A DNA stretch of 56,324 nt, from the NCBI GenBank assembly GCA_031835245.2, contig JAVKOQ020000006.1, forward strand, positions 434,001-490,324, given 5' to 3'. The notes beneath the pieces are model-generated. The model worked only from the letters and a program-made list of their open reading frames with translations, ran no database searches and was not told where the DNA came from. The first letter of the stretch is position 1; each line of letters opens with the position of its first letter. The stretch comes from Balamuthia mandrillaris (lineage: Eukaryota). Positions 10,781 to 24,147 of this stretch are shown one piece after another. The position numbers and the translations under genes were made by a program.

Positions 10781-13700
10781 ATGAAATTAGATAAGATAGC
10801 AACGGCCGAGCAGCGCCGGGCTCTGGTAACGTCTCATCGCAGCTGTCTCTCCCCACCCGTCCAAGCTTTGGTCTACTCCCCCGTCCGACAATGGATCGAC
10901 GCGCGCGAGCAACCACAAAACCTCCCCGCCGAACCGCTGCACCATTCACCAAGCTTTCTGCTTTGCAAGGAGAAGGAAGACACTTTTGACGTCGTCGTGC
11001 TGGACTTTGGTCGATTGGACCCGGCAAGCGAGGTTTTGGTGGAAGAGGAGCATGCTGTCATCTCCACGGTCACTGCCTACTTCAAAGCTGCCGCGGCAGC
11101 CTCCTTTCTGCAGCTGGCGGAAGAGGAGACCAGCCCACAAGAGGACGTCGTCTTCACGCAGAGAAAAAGGAAACAGGAGGAGCTCAAACGGAACATGACT
11201 CGAGAGGAGAGGGAGGAGGAGCTTTCCAGGAGTTTGGAGGAGATGGGGAGGATAGAAGCAGTGGCGATGCTCCTCATTCGAGCCTCTTTGCCTATGCATT
11301 CGACCTGTCTTTCTTCCTCTGCCTCCTTTGCAAGATTATTGCCGATCTTTGCTCCGCATGAAGAGAGAGTGATGCACATTTGGGAGTCTTCTCTTGCTTC
11401 TTCTTCTTCTTCTTCTTCTTCAACGTTGGAAGCGATGTTGCTGATAGTGCCATTTGTGGAGAGAGCACTTGTGAATGTGCATCATCTTGTGAAAATGGTG
11501 CAAGGTGCTAATGGAAAGGCGAGAAAAGAGGAACGGAAGGGAGAAAAAGAAGATGTTGCGGGGGTTGAAAGACTTGCTTTGAAGGACCTTCTAGCCACTC
11601 CTCAGTTGCGAGCTGTATTTAACGAAAATCAGGTCTCGCTCTCTCCGTGTTACCATTTCTTTCTTCTCCTTTCTTCCGTCTCTGACGCATGCTTTTTATC
11701 AAACCAACAGTTAATGGTAATGCGAGCACTGATAGCAACTCCATTAGGCTTAAACCTTCGCAACATCGCATGGCACGGCTTCTTCTCCCCAGAAGAAGTT
11801 TGGAGTGGCTTTCTTTCGCTCATCATGGTATCCACTCTTTCTCTCTGGCCGGATGTGCATCGCTTCATTCGAAGCAACATCAAAAACAACAACAAACAAA
11901 AACGATCGAAAGAAGAAGAAGACGACGACGACGAAGAGGAAAAGATAAAAGAGATATGGACTAAAGGAAGACAACGATTGTTGAGTGCGGAAGAAGTATC
12001 TGTTCCTTACGAGAAGATGATGCAACGGACGAATCAGCGCCTCTCTTTCTTCTCCTGTTCCTCCTCTTCTTCAGAAACCAGTATAGATGAAAAGACAGAA
12101 AGAGACCAGATGAGAGAGATAATTGAAAATAGCTTCTTCCCAATTCATCAGAACAGGCAACTTTATTTGTCTGCTGTGGATGCGTTCTTCTTGGAACACG
12201 ACTATCATCGATGTTTGGTCTATTTATTACCTGCTTTGGAACATTCTATTAGACGTGTATTCGTTGCTGTTAACAATTGTCCCATTCAATTGCTTGATGC
12301 TGGTTTGTTCCTTTTGTTATCTCTTCTCCCTTTCTGTCCTTTGATTCTTATTTCTTTCTCGCGTTTTCCTCTTCCCTCTTATCGTCTTTTCTCTCTCTCT
12401 CTCTCTCTCTCCTAGTGATGTATGATTATTATACTACGTTGGACATTCTCGTGGCGGAGACCTTAGAATGGAGTGAGGATGGAAGCAAGAACCATGTTTG
12501 CGAGGAAATTGGAGAAGGAGCCATGCGTGCTCTTTGGGACCTTTGTATTTGTCCAGAAGGGCCTCGCTTACGCGATCGCATTTCACATGGGGTAAAACCC
12601 CGTCATCTTCTTTTATTCTTATCTTTTTTCTTTCTGCCTGCTATTTTCAGATCTTTTAACTTTCTGTCTTGTCATCCCTCTAACGGAACGTTTTCTCTTT
12701 TCTCTTCCAAAACAGGAAATAGAACCTAATGCAATTTCACATTTGTTGTGCGAACACGTTCTCGCTCTCGCCATTCATCTTTGCTCTCGTTATCATTTAC
12801 CTTCTTCTCAATTTCAACTTCAAGAACGACATTACGATCGATTCTTCCGTTCTTACATCTCCACATTTCACACACAAAGTATTCTCATCCACAAACTGTG
12901 CTCCTTCTCAGAGGAATGGCGCGCTTTCTCGTTGCTTTCAAACGAACCAACAGAAGAAGGAGAAGGCGAAACAATAAAGATAGAAAAACAAGAAGGAGAA
13001 GTGCTGCCGACAGATTTGGAAGAAAGAACTTCCGTGCAACGAGCGAAGTGCCTTTTCGTAAACGCACCTACAGAAGAAAAAGACGAAACGCAAGTTCTTT
13101 TGGAAGACCTTTATCGTTTGCCAACGCTTTATCTCTCATCTTCGCAGTTACAGTGCATCGCTTGCTTGCGAAAAGTTATTTCTATCAGCCGCAAAATACT
13201 TGCAAAGGTACTTCTTCCTCTGCTTGTTCTTGTTCTTGTTCTTGTTCTTGTTCTTGTTCTTGTTCTTGTTCTTGTTCTTGTTCTTGTTCTTGTTCTTGTT
13301 CTTGTTCTTGTTCTTGTTCTTGTTCTTCTTGTTCTTCTTCTTGTTCTTGTTCTTCTTCTCCTTCTTCTTGTTCTTCTTCTTGTTCTTCTTCTTCTTGTTC
13401 TTCTTCTTCTTGTTCTTCTTGTTCTTGTTCTTGTTCTTGTTCTTGTTCTTGTTCTTGTTCTTCTTGTTCTTGTTCTTGTTCTTCTTCTTCTTCTTCTTCT
13501 TCTTCTTCTTCTTCTCCTCTTCTCTCTTTTGTTTCTTATCTCTCAACGAAACAGATAACGGAGAGATATGTAGAATTGAAACAATTGATAGAGTCAAGAA
13601 GGGCTCGATCTAGACAACGAAACTCCTATGAGAAGTTAACGCAGTGTTTACCTTTCTTTTCTGCTGTGTTGCGCCTCGTTGGCATCGCTGTGGTCCAAGC

Positions 13701-13805
13701 CTTGTTCCAATGCTCTCCTGCTCCTGATAAATGCGTCAAGTACCTATCCTTTTTCTCTCTGCTTCTCTTCATTCTCTCTCTGTCTCCTTTTCTCGTTCTC
13801 CTTCC

Positions 13806-13839
<34 letters not shown>

Positions 13840-14023
13840 GCTGGTGTTTTCTTTTTCTCACTTTATTTTGTTCAGCCCAAAGGACATAAAACTTTACACC
13901 CAGATGTTTGTCTGTTTGGAAAAGACTTTCTCAACATTGGAAAGCAACAAATGGGAAGAAGCCAAAACCTTTTCTCTCCTCTTCTTCAAAGACCAAAACA
14001 AAACAGCTCGACTGTTTCTCTGA
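10781..14023 (+). CDS. ERMARD: ER membrane-associated RNA degradation protein-like (DUF4209); multi-exon
   Basis: N-terminal SCLSPPV, LGLNLRNIAWHGF, LLPALEHSIRRVF, YYTTLDIL and PEGPRLRDRISHG. Last exon ends ...ARLFL*. Confidence 0.8.
13215..13515. repeat. Intronic (CTTGTT)n/(CTT)n microsatellite
   Basis: Read directly; inside an ERMARD intron. Confidence 0.95.
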
Positions 14024-14066
14024 GTAAACACACAAACAAACAGCAAAGATATTATATTATACAAAA

Positions 14067-16397
14067 CTACAAAAACTCAACAGATTTTGAGGAAGAAACC
14101 ACAGAAGAAGGAACGGATGGAATTGTTTTGGAGTGCCTTCGGGTGATGCGATCGCCGTTGTTGGAGGAAGAGGTTTGCCCGCTTTGTTGCTTACGTCTGG
14201 TAAGAATGACGCTTCCGGTTCTTCTTTTGACAACTGAACCTTTTCCTTTCGCTTTCGTACTCTTTTTGCCACTTTTCTTTTCTTTGTCGTCTGTCTTCTT
14301 TTCCTTCCTTTGTGGTTTTTCCTTTTCGTTCTTCTCTTTCTCTTTTTCTCTTTCGTGTTTTTCTTTCTCCTTCTCCGTCTCGTCTTTCTCTTTCTCTTTC
14401 CCTCTTTCGTTTTTCTCTTTCTCTTTCTCCTTCTCCTTCTCCTCTTTCTTTCCTACCTTCTTCTTAGGGGATGGCAAAGAAGGTAAAGAAGAACGATCCA
14501 CCACAATCGGAGTTGCTGGAGAAGGCAGAGGTTGTGGCGTTCTCGGTGCGTTATCCAACATAGCCTTCAACTCGGCAACGTCGATTCCGTTTATCATTTC
14601 GCTTTTGGTTCCTCTTCCTCCTTTGTCGTCTCCTTCTTTCTCGTTCAATCCCAATTCCCGCAACAGCTTTTGCATCTTCTCTGTTTCGCTCATCTTCTTC
14701 CAATCTCCTTGAGGGGCTACTTCCACAAACTTTTGCTTCTTCTTCTTCTCTTTTCTTCTCTGTCGCTTCCTTTTCTTTTTGCTCTTCGTTTTGTTCTCTT
14801 TCTCCTTCCTCTCTATCTTCTTATCTTCCACTTCAGACGTTTCCGTGGTTTCATCTTCTTCGGTGACTTCTTCTTCCTCCAATTCAAGGTGATGATGGTG
14901 CGGCGAGGAAGGAGAAGAAGAAGATAGAGTAGGAGAATTGGGAAAGCGAATAGCTATCCATTCGGGTTCGCTGTCCGTGTCGGTCATGCTCATGTCGGAG
15001 GGAACGTCCATCATGACCGGCTCCAACTCTCCTCTTCGTAGAGCCTCCTCGAACTGTCTTTCCTCCTCTTCAGCCTCTTGGCGAAGTCGTTCAGCCTCTT
15101 CAGCCTCCTTGCGAAGGCGTTCCTCCTCTTGTCTTCTCTCTTCGGCCGCCTTTCTCTCTTCCTCCCTGCGAATCGTTCTTTCCTCCTCCTTTCTGCTCTC
15201 TGGAATCAGTTTCACTCGAACCTGAATCTCTGCAATTCCATAGAGTCGTTGCAGCGTTTCTTCCCCTTCAGTTTCTCCTTCTGCTGCTGCTTCTCGTTTA
15301 TCGCTTGGCAAACGACACAAAAGAGACTTTGGATAAGAATTGGTCGCTCCTGAAATCATTGTGGGGCGAGGTTGATGTCTTTTGTTCCCCGCCTCGTGTT
15401 GGTGAAGCAGCTCAGACTCGAATCCATGCTTGTCTTTTTCAGCTTTGCCAATCTCCACCTCCACTTTGAGCGGCAGTTCAAAGCGTTCTTCGTCCTCATC
15501 TTCCGCGCCTTCGGCTCTTCTTCCTCCCCCTTTCTCTCTTTTGGGCTGAACGAAGCGAGCCTTTGTCTCTCCTGATAAGACTTCTCCGTCTCTCAAAACG
15601 GTCTTTGAGGAAATGATGTGCTGGAGAAATGGGTGAAGCGGCAGTTGGTCGAAAGAGAGTTCTAGCGCAGAAGAAGAAGAAGAACCGTGTCTTTGAACGT
15701 GTTGAGGATGATGCAAAGAGAAAGTTGGAAGAGGAAGATCCAGACCAGAAGCCAAGCCTAAAGAAACGGATGTTGAGGGAGAAGCGGAAGAAGAAGAGGA
15801 ACCGGATAGAGAGGCCGCTGCTCCGTTGATCTCGTTCATCATATCTTTCAGATTTGCTCTTCTTGCTTTTTATTTCATATGAGGAGAAAAAGATGAAAAG
15901 AAACAACAAGAAAGAAAGAAATAACAAGAAAGAAAGAAAGAAAGAAACGACAAAAAACGACAAGAAAGAAACGACAAGAAAAGAAAAGAAACAGGGAAAA
16001 GAAACAGGGAAAAGAAAAGAAAAGAAAAGAAAAGAAAAGAAACAGGGAAAAGAAACAGGGAAAAGAAAAGAAAAGAAAAGAAAAGAAAAGAAAAGAAAAG
16101 AAAAGAAAAGAAAAGAAAAGAAAAGAAAAGAAAAGAAAGAAAAAGAGCACAAAGAACCACTAAGGGATAGCACAAAAAAAAAAATAGAGAGAAGGAGAAT
16201 AAACCTGGAGAAAGGCCAGAATTGCTCAACTGGCTTTTGGCTCGCTTGCTGAGGGCTTCATTTTGGTAGGCCAGGCGTTTGACCTGCTCCTCCAAGTGGC
16301 GGTTTCTTTCTTCGACCTCGTGGAACTCGCTTCTGAGCCTGGCCACCTCTGGCGAGGTCGAGCCTGCCGTCGTCGCCGTTCTTCCCGCTCCGCTCAT
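14067..16397 (-). CDS. Uncharacterised coiled-coil/charged low-complexity protein, 2 exons
   Basis: ATG 16397 opens a coiled-coil exon. A (CTTTT)n intron runs ~16203-15848 and is followed by a 591-aa open frame. Confidence 0.6.
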
Positions 16398-16697
16398 CTC
16401 TCTGCTTTCTTTTTCTATAATTTAATTTAATGTAACGCAACAATTTTATCGATAATTCAAGAAGATGTTAATTAATTATCGATTTTAAATGAATGAAATT
16501 CCCATAATCGAAAATTCGTAAAAGTAGAAATTTCGGTTTCAATTTGAACGAAAACCGGATGAAAGTGACTATTCGTCAGATAACGACAAGTCATTTTTTT
16601 TTTCCACTCTAGCGTCTCCATGCTTGTTTTCTGCAGGTCTTCTCGGTTGCGCTCATCGATAACCTCCCTGTTTTCCTTTCTCCCGTCCTCCTTCCAC

Positions 16698-16705
16698 TAT
16701 AAATA
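16698..16705 (+). promoter_or_regulatory. TATA box of the CsbD-like gene
   Basis: TATAAATA about 90 bp upstream of ATG 16791. Confidence 0.5.
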
Positions 16706-16790
16706 CTTGATACTTCAAATAGTTCATATCTTCACTACAAAAAAAACAGCATTACAGCGTTACATCCATTCTACTACATAACAAACCACA

Positions 16791-17090
16791 ATGAGTTTCG
16801 AAGCCAACAAAACGACAGCCCGCAAGGACCAACTGATCGGCGGCCTCAAGGAAGGCACCGGCAAGCTCCTCGGCGCCAAGGAGATGGAGGCCAAGGGCAC
16901 CGCCCAAAAGGAGCTCGGCCACAACGAGCTGCGAGCGGCCCAGGCCAAGGCGGCCACCAAGGGCGCCGGCCAGAAGCTCGGCGGGCACATCAAGGAGGCC
17001 GCCGGCTCGCTCACCGGGGACAAGGCGCTCAAGGCGGAGGGCAAAGCGGACCAGCTGGCAGGCGACCGTAAGGTCCAACACAACAAGTGA
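16791..17090 (+). CDS. CsbD-like/Hmp1-like stress protein with two tandem CsbD repeats; intronless
   Basis: KDQLIGGLKEGTGKLLG...EAKG and GGHIKEAAGSLTGDKALKAEGKADQLAG. Strong GC3 codon bias. Confidence 0.8.
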   Translation: MSFEANKTTARKDQLIGGLKEGTGKLLGAKEMEAKGTAQKELGHNELRAAQAKAATKGAGQKLGGHIKEAAGSLTGDKALKAEGKADQLAGDRKVQHNK

Positions 17091-17187
17091 TCCGAAAACG
17101 CCTCTTATTTTTTTTTGTCGCTTCACAAAAACTTTTTTCTCTTTTCACATTTTTTTTTCTCTTTTCGTTGTTTTAAAAAACTTTACT

Positions 17188-18740
17188 TTACTTCACTTGT
17201 TGGACACGTTGTTGCTGATAGGTGGTCTGTTGCAGCGAGCTGGTCGAGTTGGAGGTCGTGGTGGCTGGGAGTTGGGTGTGGCTGCAAATGATGCATCCCA
17301 GGTTCTTCATCGCGCGCAGCTCGAGGGTGGCCCTCTCGGAGGACTCCTTTTGGTTGGAGCGAAGCTGATCGTACTTGAGCTCCTCGGAGGGGTCGATGGA
17401 AGAGGAGGAGGAAGAGGTGGCTGCGCGAGAGGGAGGGAGCGGCTGGGAGGACGCTCCGCCGATGGATCCTCCGCCCATTCGATGAAGTTCCATTTGCAAA
17501 CACCTGTGGTTAAGAGAGAAGTTAAGAGAGTGCGATCAGCGAAGAAAAAGAACAGGAACAATCAGAGAGAGAAAGAAAACTCCAAAAATATTTACCGAGA
17601 ATGATAGACGTGATGGCAAAAGAAGGCCACCACGTCCGCTCTCTGCTTGATGGATGGGTCCACGATGAGTCCCTGACACAGCGGACAATGAGCCTCATAA
17701 GGCGAGACCTTGTTGCCTCTCCTCTGCCCTCGGTTCAGCCTCATGATCAGGTCCACACAATCCGCTTTCAAGATGACGTTGCAGCCCTCGCGCAGACTCA
17801 TCTGAAGGTTATAGTCGGAGATGATCTTGACGATGCGGTCCCTCAGCCCGATAATTTCCATGCCCTCGGGGATACGCTTGATGAGGTCCAGCGGCTTGAC
17901 GTACTCGCAGGCCTGGCCGATGTTCTCCAGGAGGCCGCTGACAAAGAGCGGGTTGCGCATGCTGTGCGTGATGAGCACCTCCCAGAGCTCCGGGTCGTGC
18001 TTGTCCTGCACAAACTCAATGGCCTGCTTGACGTCAGCGATCTTCTCTATGATGAGGTTTAGGGCCTCGCGGTGGCTGCCGCCACGGCCCAGAATGTACA
18101 CCATCTCCGGGTAGAGTTTGCGCTCCTCCACGATGCGGTAGGCATCGTCCAAGGGATAGTAGGCCTGGATGAGGAAGGGCTTCAATTGTTTGTAGTCATA
18201 GTCAGCGTAGAGCTTGATGCGAAGGAGATTGAACTCTCGCGCAAGGTTTGGATCTAGTTTTGTTTTTGGTTTGGTGATTTGAAGGTGAGGAAGAATGAAG
18301 CAAGAAAAAAGTACAAAAGAGGAAGCAAGATGGAGGAAGGAGGGTGGAAGAAACAGAATGTAATGTTTGTTACCTTCGAGGAAGAGAGCATGGAGATAAG
18401 CATGTTGCAAAGCTGGTTGATGACTTAGTTGCTGTACAACTTGAGCAGGCTTTTTTATGTAGAGAAGGTCAGCACTTGAAACTCAACAAAGAAACTGAAC
18501 AAGAAAAAGAAAAAAAAAAGGTTTCACCGGTATTTTGTCTATTTGTTTTACAAAGAGTTGAATTGCTTTTTCCTGGTTACATTCCATAAGGAGGGCAACT
18601 TTGTCCTGAACGGCATGGAAGAGGTTATGTTTTGCGATGAGCTCAAAAGCGTTTCCGCGCTTGAGCCGCAAATAAATATGTAACGTCTTGTCATATTGTT
18701 TATCGAAAGTATACCTAAATTGACAAATAAAAAGAAACAT

Positions 18741-18772
<32 letters not shown>

Positions 18773-19892
18773 CAACGAAGCAGAAGAAAACGAAAGAAAA
18801 AAGAAACGCATAGTCAGGAACAGCAAGTAAGAAAAGAGAAAGAAGGAAATTCGCATACAAAGTGGCCAGAGCATCCATAAGTTTACCGAAAGACGATTCC
18901 CGCACTTGAGCCTGAACCGCGGTAATGATATTTTGTATGTTGTAAATGCTGTGCGGCCACTCTTGTATGAGAGACAGAAAACCATCATGATCGTTTCGCA
19001 AAAAGTCATTCAACACCATTTCATAAACGGTGTCGCTTAGTTGTGGATTGCCCACTGGAATATACGACGCTATTTCCTACAAAAGTAAAAAGAAGGTTCA
19101 GTTGGTGTCATTACTGTCACGAAGGAAGCACATAAAAAGAACAGAAAGTGAAAATGTAAAGAAAAAGAAGAAGAAAGAGAAAGGGAAAAGAGAGATAAAG
19201 CGGAACGAAGGGGATAAGATTACTTTTAGTTTTCGTCTCTTGGCAAACTTGAAGATCCACCGTTCCCACAAGTCTGCGTCCCGTTTGAGTATTTTTGGGC
19301 AGGTAGAGGCCGCTTTCGTTATCTCATTCTTCTCCAAGAGATAGTCCAAATATTTCTCTCCAATCTCCACCAAGTTATGCACTTTGAGTTGCGACTCGTT
19401 TTCTTCGGCCGCTTTGAGAGCTTCTTCGTAACGAGCACGAGAAGGGTCCACCAACCTGATTTTTGGTATTTGTTTAGAAGAAAAAAAAAGGGAAAAGATG
19501 CAACAGAAAAAGTAAGAGGCATGAGGGAAGGAGGGAGAAGAGTACCATGAAATATGATCATCGAGGTCTCTGGGTTTTGCAACGATGATGTCTTTGGGAG
19601 ATACAATATAGAACAAGGACTCTGCAGCCATATGATGCAAACGATATGCCGTCGCTTTGAGCGTTTCGTATCCATGGATGCTATTTTCAACAAGAGCGTT
19701 TCAGCAGAAATGAATTAAGAATGAGATGCAGCAAGAAGGATGACAAAAGAAGCAAGTAGCAAGAAGCAAGACGTAAGAAGAATGAGTTTTACGTTAAGGC
19801 GTCTGAGGAAATCTCGTCATTGTCTCTTGTAACAATACGAAGTTCTGGTGGTTGTGATATCTATTTGTTTATGAGTAATTGGCGAAAAATGC

Positions 19893-19929
<37 letters not shown>

Positions 19930-21636
19930 TGCGTGTTTTTCCTGTAGCTTCATCCTTTTCTTCATCTTCACCAACAAAAGCCAACAACACCAAATATTCT
20001 CCAAACGGAGCTATTCCAGAAATGAAAAAGTCTGTCCGAAACCTGTTTGTTTTGTTTGTACAACATAAGATGTTCATCTAAGAGTAAAGCATAACGAGAA
20101 AGGGCTAAAACTTACAAAGAAATAATTTCTACATAGCGATTGGGTAGGCTGCCCGTATTGTCTGTTCGTTCCTACAAACACGTTCAGCAAAGAGAGAGAG
20201 AGAGAGAGAGAGAGCATAAAACAAAGAAAGAAAGGTGCATGATACCAACCTTCACTAAACAAATCTTAACGCTATCTGCCCAACCGATGAGCAACAGATT
20301 GTCGCTCTCCCAACAAAGATGACAACGATAGAGGTCCGCTCGGGGGCTGCCCTCCGGTCGGTTGATAAAAGTGATCCTCTGGTTGGTTTCGTTGTCGTAG
20401 ATCTTCACTCCGATTTCGTTGGCCCATGCCACCAGCTCCCCTCTCCATGAGATGGCATAGATAGGCCCTTCTCCCGAGTGAATCACTTTGTTGTTTGCCC
20501 GAAAGAAGCCTGTACATAACAGTGAAAAAATAAAAAGATTAAAGAAAGAAGAAAGAAGAACGAAGAGAAAGTAGAACCTTTTTCGCATTTGGTAAGAACG
20601 CCAGCGCGGCCTCCACAACAAAAAGAACGCTTCTTGGAACGAGCAAAGTTAGGGTCAAGCGCAACACTCATGATGGGTCGCCGAAATGGATACTCCATCA
20701 CCTCTCCCGTATAAAGACCGTTTATCACCACTTTGCCTGTTTGTTTTCAGTGCGTCAAAAACAAGGAGGAACCATAGGAAGAAAGAGAGAATGGAGAGCG
20801 CGAGAAGAAGAAGAAGAAGAACAACAACAAGAAGAAGAACAAGAAGAACAAGAAGAAGAAGAACAAGAAGAAGAATAAAATGAACGAACCGTCATCGGAG
20901 CAACTGGCAACAAACTCGCCGGTGGCGTCAATGCTGATCTCATTGACAGTGGCAGAGTGGCAGGGAAAGTGTTTGATCTCGTTGCCATTGAAATCCAACA
21001 CATAAACTTTGCCGTAATGAGTCCCCAAGCACTATTTATATTTTTATTTATTTATTGGTGAGGAAAAGAGACAGAGAACGAGAGAGCAGAGAGCAGGAGA
21101 GAGGAGAGAGCAGGAGAGAGGAGAGAGCAGGAGAGAGCAGAGAGCAGGAGAGAGCAGAGAGCAGAGAGCAGAGAGCAGAGAGCAGAGAGCAGAGAGCAGA
21201 GAGCAGAGAGCAGAGAGCAGAGAGCAGGGAAGCAAAAAACGGAGAAGTGGAGAAGAGAAGAACGGGAAGGGAGAAGAGAAGCAGGAAGAGGTGAGGAGAA
21301 GGGAAAGAAGCGTGAGGAAACATGAGAAGAGAAGAGGAGAAGAGAACGCACCACAAACTTATCGGCAACGTGCATGCAGCTGGCAGCGTCCTGTTTCAAG
21401 ATGTCGAGCACACTGAAGCCGAGGCGTTGGTACTTGAGTTTCGGCTCTTCTTCATCCTCCTCCTCGTCCTCCTCCTCGTCTTCGCTTCCCTCGTCGTCGT
21501 CGTCGTCGCTGTCGTCCTCCTCCTCGTCCTCCCCAGCAGCGCTCTCTTCCTTCGTCTTGGTGGCGAGCTTCCTCTCCTCCTCCTCCTCCTCCTGCGCCTT
21601 CCTTCGCGTCGCCACAGCAGCCGCCGTCGCTTCCAT
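17188..21636 (-). CDS. VPS41: HOPS subunit Vps41; multi-exon
   Basis: EEPKLKYQRLG, GTHYGKVYVLDFNGN, SPRADLYRCHLCW, FYIVSPKDIIVAKPRDLDDHISW, clathrin-repeat region, and RING-H2 CPLC...FCHHVYHSRC...CIIC. Confidence 0.95.
21085..21226. repeat. Intronic 7-bp (GAGCAGA)n repeat in VPS41 intron 1
   Basis: Read directly. Confidence 0.9.
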
Positions 21637-21859
21637 CTCTTCTTCTCTTCTCTTCTAATCAAAGAAATAAAATAAATTTAACAGAAAAAAAAATTCAGAC
21701 AAAAAAAAGGAGGAGGGGGAAACACACAACCAACCTCGAACAAGAAGAAAAAAAAAACCCAATCGAACCGAGTAAAGCTAGCGACGCCGCCTCTCTTCTC
21801 TTCTCTTCTCTCTTTGCCGCTTTTTTTTCTTCTTTTCTTTTTCGTTCAAGGATTCCACA

Positions 21860-22063
21860 AATGGAGCAGAAAAACGGCTCAAAATGACCTGGATGTCAGC
21901 AGGGCGAAGAGGACCACTAAAGGTCAAAATGAACACGAATGCAGGACCATTTGTTCACATAACTAATGGAGCAGAAAAACAACTCAAAATGACCTGGATG
22001 CCTGCAGCAGAGCGAGGACAACAAAAGGTCAAAACGAACACCAATGCAGGACCATTTGTGCAC
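21860..22063. repeat. Imperfect 105-bp direct tandem duplication in the VPS41/NMNAT divergent intergenic region
   Basis: aatggagcagaaaaac...caaaatgacctggatg...aaaggtcaaaa.gaacac.aatgcaggaccatttgt.cac occurs at 21860 and again at 21965. Confidence 0.9.
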
Positions 22064-22144
22064 GAAACGCTCCTTCACGAAAATATTTTTTTTTTTTTAA
22101 TACCAAGAAAAATAAAGGATTACTACAGCGAAACAACAACACCG

Positions 22145-23319
22145 ATGGAGGGCAGGCAGAGGCCAAGAAGAGGCGGAGGAGGTCCTTCCGGCAGCACCCT
22201 TACAAACCTGGATGCTTTGTTACAAAAGTTTACATGGAAATGTTTGTTTCTTCTCATTGCGAGAGATATATATTTGTTGTTGAATATAGGCCGTTAACAT
22301 CGGACTGTATCAGCTGCCAGCAACAAGGGGCAACAGCAGGTGTTCTTGGTTGCCTCCGGGGCCTACGCGCCGATACACAACATGCACCTGCACATGATGG
22401 AGGTGGCAAAGACCTGGCTGGAGGTCCACAAAGGCTGGCACGTCTGCGGTGGCTTAATATGTCCTGCTGGCGATGGTAGGATCCTGCTTTCTTCTCTTCC
22501 TTTTGCTTCTCCATTCTTCTTCTTTCTTCTCTCTTCTTTGTTTCTTTCTCTGATAAGGCGAAAATAGGTTACGTTGCAAAGAAGCTCAAAGGAGAGCACA
22601 TACCCGAACAGGAGCGCCTTCAGGTGTGCCGTCTGGCAGTTCAGAACTCGGATTGGTTGACCGTTTGCGACGCACATCAGCCAAAAGGGATATAACACAG
22701 CTGCAAAGATACTTTTGGAAGTCGAGTCATTAATCAAAACAACGGTAACATGCTCTTCTTTCTTTCTTGTCGTTTCTTTCTTGTCGTTTCTTTCTTTCTT
22801 TTTTTCTTTCTTTCTTTCTTGTCGTTTATTCTTTCTTGTTATATTTCTTCATTCTTTCTCTCTCGTTCTCTGCTTCTTCTCGCTTAGCTCTTTGCTCATC
22901 TCACATTATCCTTGAGCAATATAAAGACTGGCCGTGTTGCAAAAGGAGTCTGGGTATGTGGGGCGGATCATGCTCTCCGTCGCAACCTCTTTCTCTCCCA
23001 ACGGCAAACCTTCTTCATCGTCATCATTGGAAGAGAAGATGGCTCCTCCACTGCCAACCTCAAGAAAGCAATGCTTCATCATCAACACCAACACAAAACT
23101 CTTCCAACCAACCTCTTTTTGGTGGAATCGTTATCACAAGGAGGAGAAGAGGGAGCGAAAGAGGAAGAACGAGCGAAACGCGTGTGGCAAGATTTTCAGG
23201 AGTATTCGTATCTAAGTTCAACTCTGGTCAGACAGTTTATGAGGCAAGAAGCCAGTTTGAGAGGCTTAGTGCCTGATGTTGTTGCTGAATATTTGGAACA
23301 GCGCCAACAACACCATTGA
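22145..23319 (+). CDS. Nicotinamide/nicotinate mononucleotide adenylyltransferase-like; spliced
   Basis: SGAYAPIHNMH (HxGH-like), RLQVCRLAVQNSDWL, VCGADH, LSSTLVR and LVPDVVAEYL. Confidence 0.85.
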
Positions 23320-23567
23320 AGACATTCGTTCGTAATGGCATCCCGCTGGACCTGAGCGTAGACAAATTTTTGCTGCAATTTTATGCTGCAATGGACATGA
23401 GATAACATCAAATCAACGTTAAAAAAACTTTTGTTATTTTATATTATAAAAATGTATTTGAGTTAAAAAAATACAAATGCAAAGAACTTACAAAAGAATA
23501 AACAATAGCAACAAAAAAGAAAGAAAGAAAGAAAGCGGTGCGTGAACATTCTTTTTCTCTCTTCCTT

Positions 23568-23816
23568 TTAATCCTCATAATGCTCCTCAGGGATTTGCAC
23601 CTCTCCGATCTCTTCCAGCAACGTCTGCAAGCTTTCGGCCAGCTCCGCGTTTTGCTGCTGCAGGTCGGAGATTATCTTCTCCTGGTTTTCGTAGATAAAG
23701 GCGTAGAGCAGGGCCAGGGCGTTGAGGCGGACGGTGGCAGGAATGGAAGCCGCTTTGGAGGTTCCTGCTTCGTTCTATTTATTTATTTATTTGTTAAGTT
23801 AGAAAGAAAACAACAA

Positions 23817-23877
<61 letters not shown>

Positions 23878-24111
23878 CAGAGACAGAGACAGAGACAGAG
23901 ACAGAGACAGAGACAGAGACAGAGACAGAGACAGAGACAGAGACAGAGACAGAGACAGAGAGACAGAGAGACAGAGAGACAGAGACAGAGACAGAGACAG
24001 AGACAGAGACAGAGACAGAGACAGAGACAGAGACAGAGACAGAGACAGAGACAGAGACAGAGACAGAGACAGAGACAGAGACAGAGACAGAGAGACAGAG
24101 ACAGAGAGAGA

Positions 24112-24147
<36 letters not shown>

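Noticed and set aside
12748..14712. 654-aa ORF and similar poly-SC/LV/FL/RE ORFs (13148, 23538, 31966, 32249, 50849)
   Set aside because: Stop-free frames created by intronic microsatellites or by the antisense strand of real genes.
21884..22144. ORF with a repeated peptide upstream of NMNAT
   Set aside because: It only reflects the 105-bp duplication and crosses a poly-T tract; ATG 22145 is the better start.
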